A DNA stretch of 64,000 nucleotides. Origin: an uncultured Verrucomicrobiota bacterium (GTDB lineage: Bacteria; Verrucomicrobiota; Verrucomicrobiia; Limisphaerales; UBA9464). The notes beneath the pieces were generated by a model. That model was given only the letters and a program-made list of their open reading frames with translations. It did not search any database and was not told where the DNA came from. Positions 50,880-60,563 of this stretch are shown in pieces. The stretch covers positions 84 to 64,083 of the forward strand of contig CAJAHH010000008.1 of assembly GCA_903939515.1 (NCBI GenBank), written 5' to 3'. Both the position numbers and the translations under genes were made by a program. Within the stretch, counting starts at the first letter, position 1. Every line of letters begins with the position of its first letter.

Positions 50880-53687
50880 TTAGCGCGAGGACTTCAGGGC
50901 GGCCAGTCGGCTGATAACATTGGTCAATTCAGCCGTGCCCTTCGGAGCTAACTCGAGATAGCGCTCCAATTGCTTCTGCTCCTCCGACGACTGGTTCAAT
51001 TGGTGAGCTATCTCGGCCAAACCAAAGCGAACCTGAAAGGTCTCGCGTCCGCCCTTGATCAAGCGCTCGTAATCGGCACGCGACTCGGGCAGTTGTTTGA
51101 GCATCAGTCGAGCGATAGCCCGATTGACCCGGGCCACCGAATTGTCGGGTTCCTGGTCGAGAACCTTGGTCAGGGCCTCGGATGCAGGCCCGTACCGACC
51201 CAGTTGCATCAGAATGAGCCCACGACGGGATGCAGGTGCTGGATCCAACTTCGCAACCTTTTCCCAAGACTCCGTCATGGCCAAAGACTCGTTGGTCTTG
51301 CCCAAAAGCAAGTAAAGGTAGGAGAGGTAATCGTAGAGATCCGGGTTGTTGGGATTGAGGCGCCGAGCCTCCTGCAAGAATACCTCGGCCTCCTGCAATC
51401 GGTTCAAGGCGATGAGCACACGGCCCTCGGATTCAGCGAGACCGGATTTTTCCACCGGAGTCCAGTTGGCACGGGAGGGATCGGCTTTCAACCCATTCAA
51501 TGTGTTCGTCGCCGAAGCCAAATCTCCAACGGCCAGAGCCGCCGCGATGAAGCCAAACTGGTTAAAGTGATTGGTAGGTGACAACTGGGTGGCCCGAGCA
51601 AAGCCGACCGCGGCCCGACGCACCATGTCGTCCTTCTGAGCGAGGAGCGCCGATCCAAAGATGCGGAGGAATTCCGGTTCATCCACCGGGCCATGCATGT
51701 CGAGCAATCCAGGTTTTCCGTCCCAGAGTTTGACGAGGTCCGGCGAGAGGGGTTTGCCAGCAACCAAAGCACGGTTTACCTCCAGATTAACCCGCGCCGC
51801 GGCGTTGTCGGCGTTCAAGCGAAGCGCCTCGGTGAAAAGAGTTCCGGCCTCCTTCAGACGACCGCCCTCCTGAAGGAATACCCCTGAAGCATTGGCGGAG
51901 CGGGACCACATCGCGGCCACGATTACCGCGTTAGACGAGCCTCGAGCGGCATCCCGAACCACCGTATCCAACGAAGGCTGCACCTCACCCCAAAACCGGC
52001 GCACCTGATCCAACTCCGCCTCATTGGCTGCGCTCGGCAGCAATGCTTTCCGAGGCAGAGCGCCGTGCAACGATCCAACCGGCCGAAAGTCAAACGGCTC
52101 GGCAAAGAAGCTAAAGACGGTCGACGCAAAGAAGGTCTGATTGCTTTGAGCGCCCCGGGTAGCCAGCGTCAGCCAAAGTCCTGCGATGTTGTCTTTGGCT
52201 GTGGCGATTTCACGCAATGCCGGCCAACGCTCCGCATACCGACTCGCCAAAAACTGTCGGTACACCCGCACTGGGGCCAGACGGGTATTGACCAACAAAT
52301 GCCCACCGTTACTGGCCAGCGTCTCATTCCCGGCCGACAGGGCCATGAACAAGGTGGAGTCATCGACAAACACCAACCCCGGAGCCCGGTGGAGCGGAGC
52401 GAGCATGGTGCGCGAGTAATCCCGAAGACTGGAACCATTGTCGGCCAAGATGATCTTCCAGTTTTTGGCAACCAAGGCCACAGGAACCAGAAGCGTCAGC
52501 GACACCACCAAGAGGCCGGCCAAACGCGACAAGCCCGAGGACAAAGGCGTGATCGAATAGGCGTGTCGAGAATCCGCTCGCCCGGTCCAGATCAGAAGAT
52601 AATACCCCGCAAAATAGCCCACCACGAGGGAAGCACAGAAGGAGAAGGTCAGCAGAGGAACCCCATAGCCCAACTGACGGGGGCTGAACTTCAAATCAAA
52701 CGCGACAGCGATGCAAAGACCGAACCAAGCGAGAACCAACACCTGCCAGGCGACCATCGCGGCCAAGGTGTCCAAACCGGCACCCATCCGGGAAGGCCAG
52801 CGGATGCCGACTCCCACCAGCGGCGCGATCATCAACAGAAACAGAAACAGAAAGCGGCCCCGCGGAAACATCAGCAGGTGGCTCGCCTTGAGCTCCAGGC
52901 CCGTCCGAAAAAGGCTCCAGAAGCTTTCGTCAAATCGTCCGGTCATGCGCGCCGACAGCGGAATCCAGATCAGCAAGGAAAGACCCACCAACCCTGCCAG
53001 GAACATCCGAGACAGAAAACCCAAGTGGAAAAACTCCCATCCACGAATCCAAACGATCGCCACCAAGAACATCGGTGCAAACCCGATGAATGCATGGCTG
53101 TTGGCGATGCCGACGCCCATGAGGGCGGCGACAATCCAGAGGCGGGATTCCTTTCGATCGAGTCGATATTCCAGCAGGTTTCGTATCGCTGCTGCGAAGA
53201 TCAAAAGATCTATCATCTCCCCGGTGAAGGCCGTGGCATGCTGCCAGAACGTCAACTGGAAGGCCAAGAGACCCACCGCCAGAACCGGCGGCACCCAGGC
53301 CAAGGGAATGGTCAGCAACGCAATATCCGAGAACTCACGGATGCGCTCCTCGTGGCGCCGATCATGGGGAAGTAACGCCACGCAGCGGGCCAGCAAATAG
53401 ACCACTGCTGCAGCCATGGCTGCCGTGAGGATATTGGCCTGAGCGGGAAACCCGGTGCCCGTCAGCGAGGACACCACGAATCCAAAGATCTGGTTGAGAG
53501 GTTGGGAGAACGCGTTGTCAAAGCCCCAACCCGCCGCCTCGTAAACGGGCCGCAGGCTGTTAACTCCGATCCAGGCATTGCGTGTGAGCAGGAAAACGAC
53601 AAAAGCCGCTACCGCCAAGATCCATGGCAATCTCCGGGTGACGAAGAGTTTCGAGGAAACGGGGGCGTCATCCATAGGGTGTGACAT
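50880..53687 (-). CDS. Multi-TM membrane protein with C-terminal TPR array (DUF2723/GT-C-like)
   Basis: About 11-12 hydrophobic segments in the N-terminal half, FWQHATAFTGEM motif, TPR repeats (ALRLNADNAAARVN, ARRLNPNNPDLY, LDQEPDNSVARVNRA). Start 53687 or 53675. Confidence 0.72.
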   Translation of the reverse strand: MSHPMDDAPVSSKLFVTRRLPWILAVAAFVVFLLTRNAWIGVNSLRPVYEAAGWGFDNAFSQPLNQIFGFVVSSLTGTGFPAQANILTAAMAAAVVYLLARCVALLPHDRRHEERIREFSDIALLTIPLAWVPPVLAVGLLAFQLTFWQHATAFTGEMIDLLIFAAAIRNLLEYRLDRKESRLWIVAALMGVGIANSHAFIGFAPMFLVAIVWIRGWEFFHLGFLSRMFLAGLVGLSLLIWIPLSARMTGRFDESFWSLFRTGLELKASHLLMFPRGRFLFLFLLMIAPLVGVGIRWPSRMGAGLDTLAAMVAWQVLVLAWFGLCIAVAFDLKFSPRQLGYGVPLLTFSFCASLVVGYFAGYYLLIWTGRADSRHAYSITPLSSGLSRLAGLLVVSLTLLVPVALVAKNWKIILADNGSSLRDYSRTMLAPLHRAPGLVFVDDSTLFMALSAGNETLASNGGHLLVNTRLAPVRVYRQFLASRYAERWPALREIATAKDNIAGLWLTLATRGAQSNQTFFASTVFSFFAEPFDFRPVGSLHGALPRKALLPSAANEAELDQVRRFWGEVQPSLDTVVRDAARGSSNAVIVAAMWSRSANASGVFLQEGGRLKEAGTLFTEALRLNADNAAARVNLEVNRALVAGKPLSPDLVKLWDGKPGLLDMHGPVDEPEFLRIFGSALLAQKDDMVRRAAVGFARATQLSPTNHFNQFGFIAAALAVGDLASATNTLNGLKADPSRANWTPVEKSGLAESEGRVLIALNRLQEAEVFLQEARRLNPNNPDLYDYLSYLYLLLGKTNESLAMTESWEKVAKLDPAPASRRGLILMQLGRYGPASEALTKVLDQEPDNSVARVNRAIARLMLKQLPESRADYERLIKGGRETFQVRFGLAEIAHQLNQSSEEQKQLERYLELAPKGTAELTNVISRLAALKSSR

Positions 53688-53847
53688 AGTTTGGAAAAGC
53701 CGCAGGAAAGGCAAAGTCGATTCAAACTGAAACACGTAACATTTCTTCGGCTTCCGTTATAGAGCTGACATCAAAACGCTCACCCCACAAGGCAGCACGC
53801 AGCCCTAGGACTCGATCTCAGCGGCAAATCCGTTGCCCCCAAGAAAC

Positions 53848-53874
53848 AAAAAGGCGCCCGGTACTGGGCGCCTT
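53848..53874 (-). terminator. Intrinsic terminator after HU gene
   Basis: Minus strand AAGGCGCCCAGTACCGGGCGCCTTTTT. Confidence 0.8.
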
Positions 53875-53901
53875 GAACAGAATGACCGAGAAATCTTTCG
53901 A

Positions 53902-54198
53902 TTACTTCGTGCCGAGGATCGCGTCCTTGGCGGCCTTGGCCACGCGGAACTTAACGACCTTCTTGGCGGGGATCTTGATCTCAGCGCCGGTGGCCGGATT
54001 GCGGCCGACACGGGCCTTGCGGTTCACCAACACCAGCTTGCCTACGCCGGGGAAGGTGAAGGTGTTCTTGGCGTTCTTGTAGGCGAGCTCAGCGAGTGCC
54101 TCAAGAACCGCCAACGCTTGCTTCTTGCTGATCTCGGCCTTCTCGGCGAGGACGGCGGTGATCTGAGACTTGGTGAGGGCTTTAACAACTTTGGCCAT
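53902..54198 (-). CDS. HU family DNA-binding protein
   Basis: FPGVGKL..RKARVGRNPATGAEIKIPAKKVVKFR. Confidence 0.95.
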   Translation of the reverse strand: MAKVVKALTKSQITAVLAEKAEISKKQALAVLEALAELAYKNAKNTFTFPGVGKLVLVNRKARVGRNPATGAEIKIPAKKVVKFRVAKAAKDAILGTK

Positions 54199-54466
54199 AA
54201 ATTTTAAGCTTAAGAGTTGGGATGTGTGATTGATCCGAAGTGACTTCGGTGCGGATTTAGCAACGCGTCACACGCCGTCGCAAGAGAAAACCCAATGAAA
54301 GCATGGTTTTTATCTATTTCACCCCTTCCGATGGCCCTGTTAGCGGTTTCCTCACGCGGGGTCCTTGACTTGCACCACTCCCCCAACACCATCGGGATCC
54401 TCTTCGGGCGATGCGAAAGATTGAGCTCATAGCACCCTTGCCCGGGGATTGAACCAAAACGCCACC

Positions 54467-55363
54467 ATGAACCCACGTCCAAAGACCCGATCGGTGACCC
54501 TCGGTCTTTTGCAACATGCCTGCGGGCCCGATCCCGAGGAGAATCTGAGGTTGTGCCTGGAGGCGGGCGCGCAAGCCGCCAAGAACGGAGCCAACATCCT
54601 TTGCACTCAGGAGTTGGTCCGATCGCAATATTTCTGCCAGTCGGAAGAGCACCGGTATTTCGACCTCGCAGAGCCCATTCCAGGTCCGAGCACGCGGGCT
54701 TTCCAACGTCTCGCCCAGGAGCACGGGGTTGTGGTGATCGCATCGCTCTTCGAAAAGCGCGCCGAAGGCCTCTACCACAATACCGCCGTAATCATCGATG
54801 CGGACGGGTCCTTGCTGGGCATCTACCGGAAGATGCACATCCCGGACGATCCCCTCTTCTACGAAAAATTCTATTTCACTCCAGGGGACACCGGATTCCG
54901 AACCTGGGACACCCGCTTCGGCCGCATCGGCGTGCTCATCTGCTGGGACCAATGGTACCCCGAGGCGGCTCGACTCACGGCGATGAGCGGGGCCGAGATT
55001 CTCTTCTATCCCACCGCCATCGGTTGGCACCCTTCAGAGAAGGCCGAATACGGCGTTCATCAGCACGGTGCCTGGGAGACGATCCAACGCTCCCATGCGA
55101 TCGCCAACGGCTGCTACGTGGCCGCCGTGAACCGAATTGGCTTGGAACGCCCCATCGGCGGCGACGGGCTCGAATTCTGGGGGCAAAGCTTTGTCGCTGG
55201 CACCAGCGGCCAATTGCTAGGCAAGGCTTCGGTGGACCAGCCTGAAAATCTGCTGGTGTCCGTGGACCTGGCGAAGGTGGACGTCACTCGGACGCACTGG
55301 CCCTTCCTACGCGACCGACGTATCGACGCCTATGGCGACCTCACACGACGCTACCGGGACTAA
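54467..55363 (+). CDS. aguB: N-carbamoylputrescine amidase-like carbon-nitrogen hydrolase
   Basis: QEL..SQYFCQ, YRKMHIPDDPLFYEKFYF, LICWDQWYPEAAR, YPTAIGW, WPFLRDRR. Confidence 0.85.
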   Translation: MNPRPKTRSVTLGLLQHACGPDPEENLRLCLEAGAQAAKNGANILCTQELVRSQYFCQSEEHRYFDLAEPIPGPSTRAFQRLAQEHGVVVIASLFEKRAEGLYHNTAVIIDADGSLLGIYRKMHIPDDPLFYEKFYFTPGDTGFRTWDTRFGRIGVLICWDQWYPEAARLTAMSGAEILFYPTAIGWHPSEKAEYGVHQHGAWETIQRSHAIANGCYVAAVNRIGLERPIGGDGLEFWGQSFVAGTSGQLLGKASVDQPENLLVSVDLAKVDVTRTHWPFLRDRRIDAYGDLTRRYRD

Positions 55364-55367
55364 ATCA

Positions 55368-56204
55368 GTGCCCCAGGGGGCGCTGAGCGGACTCTCTTTG
55401 GTGATTATCGGAGGGACTCGAGGCCTCGGTTGGTCTGCAACTCAGGCATGCCTCCGCGAGGGCGCCCGATTGGTTGTGGTGGGGCTCGACCCCATCCCGG
55501 AGGTCCCACAGATCAAGGATGTACACGATCGGCTGGAAGTGATTTTAGCCGACGCCCGGGACGCCGGGGTGGCTGATCATGCCATCGAACGGTGTGCACA
55601 ACGGTACGGCCAGTTTCACGCCCTGTACCACGTCGCTGGAGGCAGTGGACGAGCCTGGGGAGACGGACCCTTACACACCATTCCTTTGGAAGGTTGGCAG
55701 CAAACCTTGGAACTAAACCTAACGACAGCCTTCCTCTCCAACGGCGCTGCGATCCGCTGGTTCCTTCGCGAAAATCAACCGGGGTGTATCCTGAACTGCG
55801 GATCCGTGTTGGCGAGTTCCCCTTCCCCCAACTTGTTTGGCACCGCAGCTTACGCGACTGCCAAGTCTGCTCTGGTGGGCCTGACTCAGGCCACGGCGGC
55901 CGCCTATGCCCCGCACAATATCCGTGTGAACCTTCTGGCTCCGGGACTCACCGCAACCCCTATGTCCCTGCGGGCCCAATCCAACCCCGTCATCCAAGAG
56001 TTCATCACCCGCAAGCAACCTCTGGACGGCGGTCGCATGGGGCGTCCGAATGACCTCGATGCGGCGGTGATTTGGCTCCTTTCCGAGGGAAGTCGATTCG
56101 TCACGGGTCAGGTCATTGCCGTGGACGGCGGGTGGTCGGTTTCTGACGCATCCCCACCGCAAGGACTCTCACCCCAATCCGGTTCAGCACCCCTGGTTCC
56201 ATGA
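55368..56204 (+). CDS. SDR family oxidoreductase
   Basis: GGTRGLG, YATAK catalytic motif, IRVNLLAPG, VTGQVIAVDGGW; GTG start inferred just after the aguB stop. Confidence 0.88.
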   Translation: MPQGALSGLSLVIIGGTRGLGWSATQACLREGARLVVVGLDPIPEVPQIKDVHDRLEVILADARDAGVADHAIERCAQRYGQFHALYHVAGGSGRAWGDGPLHTIPLEGWQQTLELNLTTAFLSNGAAIRWFLRENQPGCILNCGSVLASSPSPNLFGTAAYATAKSALVGLTQATAAAYAPHNIRVNLLAPGLTATPMSLRAQSNPVIQEFITRKQPLDGGRMGRPNDLDAAVIWLLSEGSRFVTGQVIAVDGGWSVSDASPPQGLSPQSGSAPLVP

Positions 56205-57115
56205 ATTCAACCTCGGAAACCGAGCCCTATTTCTTGGGCGTCGACCTCGGTGGATCCCGCATCAAATCGGTGGTCGTGAACGCCCGCGGCCAGACACTCG
56301 AGCACGAGTCCATGCCCTTTGAAGATCGGGCGATGGAATGGGCCGACCGGATCCGCGATCGAGTGGAGTCCCTTCGCCTCCGTCGAGGTGAACCAGCGGC
56401 GGTGGGGCTTTCGGCACCAGGACTGGCTGCCCGAGATGGCCGGTGTATCCTCCACATGCCCGGGCGTTTGAAAGGATTAGAAGGGTTAGATTGGCAGCAA
56501 TTTCTCACCGTTCCAACGCCGGTTCCCGTGCTCAACGACGCTCACGCTGCTCTCTTAGGAGAGGCTTGGATGGGAGCAGCCCAAGGGTTGGAAAACGTGT
56601 TCATGCTCACCTTGGGAACCGGGGTCGGTGGGGCGGCCATCGTCGACGGGCGCCTGCTCCGTGGAAATTTGGGGCGAGCCGGGCACTTAGGACATATCAC
56701 CCTCGATTCTCGAGCCCAAAACGACGACGTCGGAACACCCGGATCTCTGGAAATGGCTATCGGCAACAAAACCCTGACCGAGCGAAGCCATGGGTGCTAC
56801 ACCTCCACCGAAACCTTGGTTCAACACGCCCGAGCGGGCGATCCCAAAGCGGTTGCTCTCTGGCAAGAATCGGTGCGGGGATTGGCGGTGGGCATCAATT
56901 CACTCATCAACGTATTGGATCCCGAAGCGGTTATTCTAGGAGGCGGAATCGCTCAGGCGGGCCCTGACCTGTTTGACCGGCTTTCGGAAATCCTGGAGGG
57001 GCATGAGTGGCGTCCAAAAGGGGCCCGCGTGCGCATTTTGCCAGCCGCCTTGAGCGAATTGGCCGGGGCCTACGGCGCGGCGCGTCAGGCCATCCTGTCT
57101 CGGCAAGAGTGTTGA
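56201..57115 (+). CDS. ROK family sugar kinase
   Basis: GVDLGGS, LNDAHAALLGE, LTLGTGVGG, GHLGH, ILGGGI; no N-terminal HTH. Confidence 0.9.
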   Translation: MNSTSETEPYFLGVDLGGSRIKSVVVNARGQTLEHESMPFEDRAMEWADRIRDRVESLRLRRGEPAAVGLSAPGLAARDGRCILHMPGRLKGLEGLDWQQFLTVPTPVPVLNDAHAALLGEAWMGAAQGLENVFMLTLGTGVGGAAIVDGRLLRGNLGRAGHLGHITLDSRAQNDDVGTPGSLEMAIGNKTLTERSHGCYTSTETLVQHARAGDPKAVALWQESVRGLAVGINSLINVLDPEAVILGGGIAQAGPDLFDRLSEILEGHEWRPKGARVRILPAALSELAGAYGAARQAILSRQEC

Positions 57116-57253
57116 CCACTGGCGCGAGGCACAGGCCTTGTCGGCGCAGAAATTAGCAACCGCTCCTTCAGAGGAAACAGACCAACCTTACGGTTCCGAG
57201 GCTGTTGTAGCCGGCCCCGTTAGAGGAGTGAACTCTGTTGGGCACTCTAAAAG

Positions 57254-57286
57254 AAAAAACCCACCTTGGTTGCCCAAGGTGGGTTT
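57254..57286 (-). terminator. Intrinsic terminator after PEP-CTERM gene
   Basis: Minus strand AAACCCACCTTGG-GCAA-CCAAGGTGGGTTTTTT. Confidence 0.85.
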
Positions 57287-57304
57287 GAATAAACAATCTA
57301 AAAA

Positions 57305-57871
57305 TTACTTGCGACGGCGCAAGAGGAGCGCTGCGGCACCGAGAGCGCCGAGAGCGATCGTGGTGGGCTCAGGAACAACAGGAGTGCCACCGCCGGCCGC
57401 CAAGTTGAAGCTCTTCAAGCCTTCCATGCCGCCGGGGATCGCCAAAGGATCAGCCGGGATGGCATAGGTGAAGGTCTCGGACAAACCGGTTCCGGCAGTC
57501 TTGGAGAGAGCCTGAGCGGCGCCGACACCAGCGAGGGCGGAATCCCACACAGCGACCTGCATGGTCACGGTGCTACCCGGAGCGAAACCGGTGAGGGTCG
57601 CGATCGCGCCCGGACCGCCGGCGGCGGCCGGATTCCAGCTACCAGGGTAGGTAGTGGTGGAAGCGCGGAACGGGGACGGAGCGAAGGAGCTGGTCAAGGT
57701 GCTAGCGGAAGCACCGTACCAGACCTGAGCAACGAAGGTGGTGCCCGTCAGGGGCTTGCCAGACGCGTCATTGACCAAAGCCAAGCCGCGGTTGTTGAGG
57801 TTGATCTGTCCTTGACCGAAGGCCGAAACAGCCAGCGCCGAGGCGACAACGAGGTATGCGAACTTATTCAT
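57305..57871 (-). CDS. PEP-CTERM (exosortase-targeted) surface protein
   Basis: Signal peptide ending AFG-Q; C-terminal VPEPTTIALGALGAAALLLRRRK. Confidence 0.95.
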   Translation of the reverse strand: MNKFAYLVVASALAVSAFGQGQINLNNRGLALVNDASGKPLTGTTFVAQVWYGASASTLTSSFAPSPFRASTTTYPGSWNPAAAGGPGAIATLTGFAPGSTVTMQVAVWDSALAGVGAAQALSKTAGTGLSETFTYAIPADPLAIPGGMEGLKSFNLAAGGGTPVVPEPTTIALGALGAAALLLRRRK

Positions 57872-57892
57872 GGTATATTCTGTTAAAAATGA

Positions 57893-58501
57893 TTAGTTGA
57901 CAGAGAAGTTCCGAGCATAGGTGCGAGCAGTGCCCTTGAGGAAGAAGCCCTCGCCCACCTTGACGGTCGGAGCGGAAGGAGCCCAGGCGCCGTCGACGAA
58001 TTCCTTGGCGGCGAAGCCGGAACCGGTCCACTGATAAACCACATCACCTTCGGCGGCGGTCAAACCACCAGCAGCGGCGTCAGCCAGACCACCGGCCAAG
58101 GGCACGGGGACGGACAGGAGGCTGTAACCAGCGGCCAAAGCCGTGCTGTTGGCCAAGCTCACTTCACCGATCAAGGTGATCGTGGTGGCGGCCGGGACGT
58201 TGATGAAGAAACCTTCACCCGGGGCCAAGGTCATGGCCGGAGCGTCCCAAGCGCCGTCAACGAAGGCGTTGGCGACGTACTTGCCGCCGGTGAACTTATA
58301 GACAGCAGTGCCATCCGGAACGTTCAACACGGTGCCGATGGCGTTATTGCCGTTGTTCAACTGGTTGCCGATCAGGTTGTAACCCTTGGCGAGGCTCAGT
58401 CGGACATATCCAACGATGTTCTGGCTGGTCACCTGGGCGGAGCCAGAGACTGCACCGACAGCCGCGACGAAGGCGGCCAGGAGGAGCGATTTGGTGTTCA
58501 T
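57893..58501 (-). CDS. Secreted beta-rich protein with internal tandem duplication
   Basis: Signal peptide, SQNIVGYV, two similar halves each containing FVDGAW and GEGFF. Confidence 0.85.
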   Translation of the reverse strand: MNTKSLLLAAFVAAVGAVSGSAQVTSQNIVGYVRLSLAKGYNLIGNQLNNGNNAIGTVLNVPDGTAVYKFTGGKYVANAFVDGAWDAPAMTLAPGEGFFINVPAATTITLIGEVSLANSTALAAGYSLLSVPVPLAGGLADAAAGGLTAAEGDVVYQWTGSGFAAKEFVDGAWAPSAPTVKVGEGFFLKGTARTYARNFSVN

Positions 58502-58545
58502 TGTGGTTTGATTTGTTCCGTGTGTGGGGAAGTTCTGTCAGGGCC

Positions 58546-59457
58546 TCAAGCGAGCGTCAACGGATTTTTCAGAAAAAAACCGGACTGCCTTTCGGCCGCT
58601 GTGGCGGTGTTGGCCAAGAGCATGGCGATGGTCATCGGACCGACCCCGCCTGGATTGGGCGTAATCCATAGGCACTTGGGTTGCACTTCACCAAAAGCAA
58701 CGTCACCAACCAGGCGTGTTCCGCTCTTGCTGGAGGGATCGCTGAGGCGATTAACCCCCACGTCGATGACCACAGCCCCTTCGCGAACCATGTCGGCTCG
58801 GAGAAATTCCGGGACCCCCATTGCAGCGATGATCACATCGGCCCGGCGACAGTGTGCAGCGATATCGCGCGTGGCGCTGTGGCACAGCGTGACCGTGCAA
58901 TTGGCCCGCGATGACTTCTGGATCAGGATGGCCGCCATGGGCTTGCCTACGATGTTGCCACGCCCCAGAACCACCACCTCAGCCCCGTTGAGCGGTACGC
59001 GGCTGCGCACCAGCAATTCGTGAACGCCCGCAGGCGTGCAGGGAAGAAACCCGCCCACGTCACCCAGCATGAGCCGACCCACGTTCACAGGATGAAAGCC
59101 ATCCACATCTTTTTCGGGCAAGACCGCCGAGTAGATCACAGCCGCATCGATATGCCTGGGCAGCGGAGCCTGAACCAAGATGCCGTGGCAGCGCGGATCG
59201 GCATTGAGGCGAGCGATGAGCACCAACAATTCGGCCTGGGTCGTTGTCTCGGGAAGAACCGTGGTGTGGGAGAGAACCCCCAACTCCCGCGCCTTCTTTT
59301 CCTTCATGCCCACATACACTTGGGAGGCGGGGTCTTCCCCGACTCGAACAAAAGCCAACCCCGGCTGAATGCCCTGATGTGTGAGAGCAGAGACGCGAAC
59401 CAATGTCTCCTGGTGGATGTCGGCAGCGATGGCTCGACCGTCGATGAGATTGTTCAT
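58546..59457 (-). CDS. folD: Methylenetetrahydrofolate dehydrogenase/cyclohydrolase
   Basis: VGEDPASQVYV, GILVQAPLP, EKDVDGFHP, PCTPAG, GRGNIVGKP, TPNPGGVGPMT. Confidence 0.97.
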   Translation of the reverse strand: MNNLIDGRAIAADIHQETLVRVSALTHQGIQPGLAFVRVGEDPASQVYVGMKEKKARELGVLSHTTVLPETTTQAELLVLIARLNADPRCHGILVQAPLPRHIDAAVIYSAVLPEKDVDGFHPVNVGRLMLGDVGGFLPCTPAGVHELLVRSRVPLNGAEVVVLGRGNIVGKPMAAILIQKSSRANCTVTLCHSATRDIAAHCRRADVIIAAMGVPEFLRADMVREGAVVIDVGVNRLSDPSSKSGTRLVGDVAFGEVQPKCLWITPNPGGVGPMTIAMLLANTATAAERQSGFFLKNPLTLA

Positions 59458-59531
59458 GGGAATTTGTTAGGCCGATATTAGGCCGCGATCAGACCGAGGC
59501 CGCAATCAGACCTGAGCAAAGTTGAGGCTGC

Positions 59532-60563
59532 TCAACGGGCCAAAACTTCTTCGATGGATTGCACGCGCAGGAGCACCTGGGTTCGGTTGCGAGGATCCAC
59601 GTATTCCTCGGCGACCACTTGAACCGTCTTACCGCGAAACCCCGCAATGGGAGTCTTAGGGTCCTGACCCACCAAGAAACCCAGCATCCCCTCACCTGCC
59701 TGCGGGCTGCGCAGTTGGTAATAGGACGGCGATTGGGGCTCCAGGCTCCGGACCACCTTGCCCACCCGGGTCACGATGCGAATCTTCTCGGAAGAATATT
59801 GGATCGACGACTGAGCGACACCACCAGCCCGATCCCCAGAAGTCGCCTCGGATGCCCTGGGGCTCAGCGAGATCGGATCAACCACGGCCACTGAAACCGG
59901 AGCCGGAGCTGACGGAATGGCCAGCGAGGGTTGCGGTGTCGGCAATGACGGCACGGGAGCCACAGCGAGTGCGGAGGACTTCGATCGGGTCGGATTAGGA
60001 ACGGCCGGCAAAACCGGATCACCAGCAACCGGATCACCCTCTGCCGGGAGAATCCCTCCGGTCTTGACCGCCGCGAGCTGGGTAGCCGGAGCGCCTGAAA
60101 CTTCGATGAACTGGGCACCCACGTAGGCCGAGAGGCCCGCGGGCGGTTCTACCTGAAGCCAGCCATCCGATTCACGGATCTCGGTGAGGGCCGCCCCTTT
60201 CTTGAGCACGCCCAACTCGCCGTAATTGCGGCCAGGACCCACCCGCAACCGGGCCTCGGGAGCTTTGATTTGGTGTGAAGCCCGATCCACCAGTGGTCCG
60301 TAGACCCAGACGGCAACCTTGGAGGGCAAGGCGATGCGAATGAAACCGTCTTTGCTGCTCCCTTGAGTTTCTACCGTTTCCCCTCGCTTCATCCAGACGA
60401 GCACTTCGCCATCCAAGGAGGGTTGGGAGCGGATGTTGACCCGGTCGCCCCGGATCACAACCGTGTCCGCCAACGCAGGGATCGCGCAGGTCAACGCTGC
60501 GAGGAGAAGGAATCGAGGACGAAGATCGAGGGACGAAAGGACCGAAACGGACGAACAATTCAT
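59532..60563 (-). CDS. Exported protein with two bacterial SH3 domains and a Pro-rich linker
   Basis: GDRVNIRSQPSLDGEVL and ARLRVGPGRNYGELG..GWLQV; ATGA overlap with the upstream stop. Confidence 0.8.
   Translation of the reverse strand: MNCSSVSVLSSLDLRPRFLLLAALTCAIPALADTVVIRGDRVNIRSQPSLDGEVLVWMKRGETVETQGSSKDGFIRIALPSKVAVWVYGPLVDRASHQIKAPEARLRVGPGRNYGELGVLKKGAALTEIRESDGWLQVEPPAGLSAYVGAQFIEVSGAPATQLAAVKTGGILPAEGDPVAGDPVLPAVPNPTRSKSSALAVAPVPSLPTPQPSLAIPSAPAPVSVAVVDPISLSPRASEATSGDRAGGVAQSSIQYSSEKIRIVTRVGKVVRSLEPQSPSYYQLRSPQAGEGMLGFLVGQDPKTPIAGFRGKTVQVVAEEYVDPRNRTQVLLRVQSIEEVLAR

Noticed and set aside
52065-53375. 436-aa plus-strand ORF
   Set aside because: Antisense shadow of the TM-rich gene, Gln/Arg/His-rich, no motifs.
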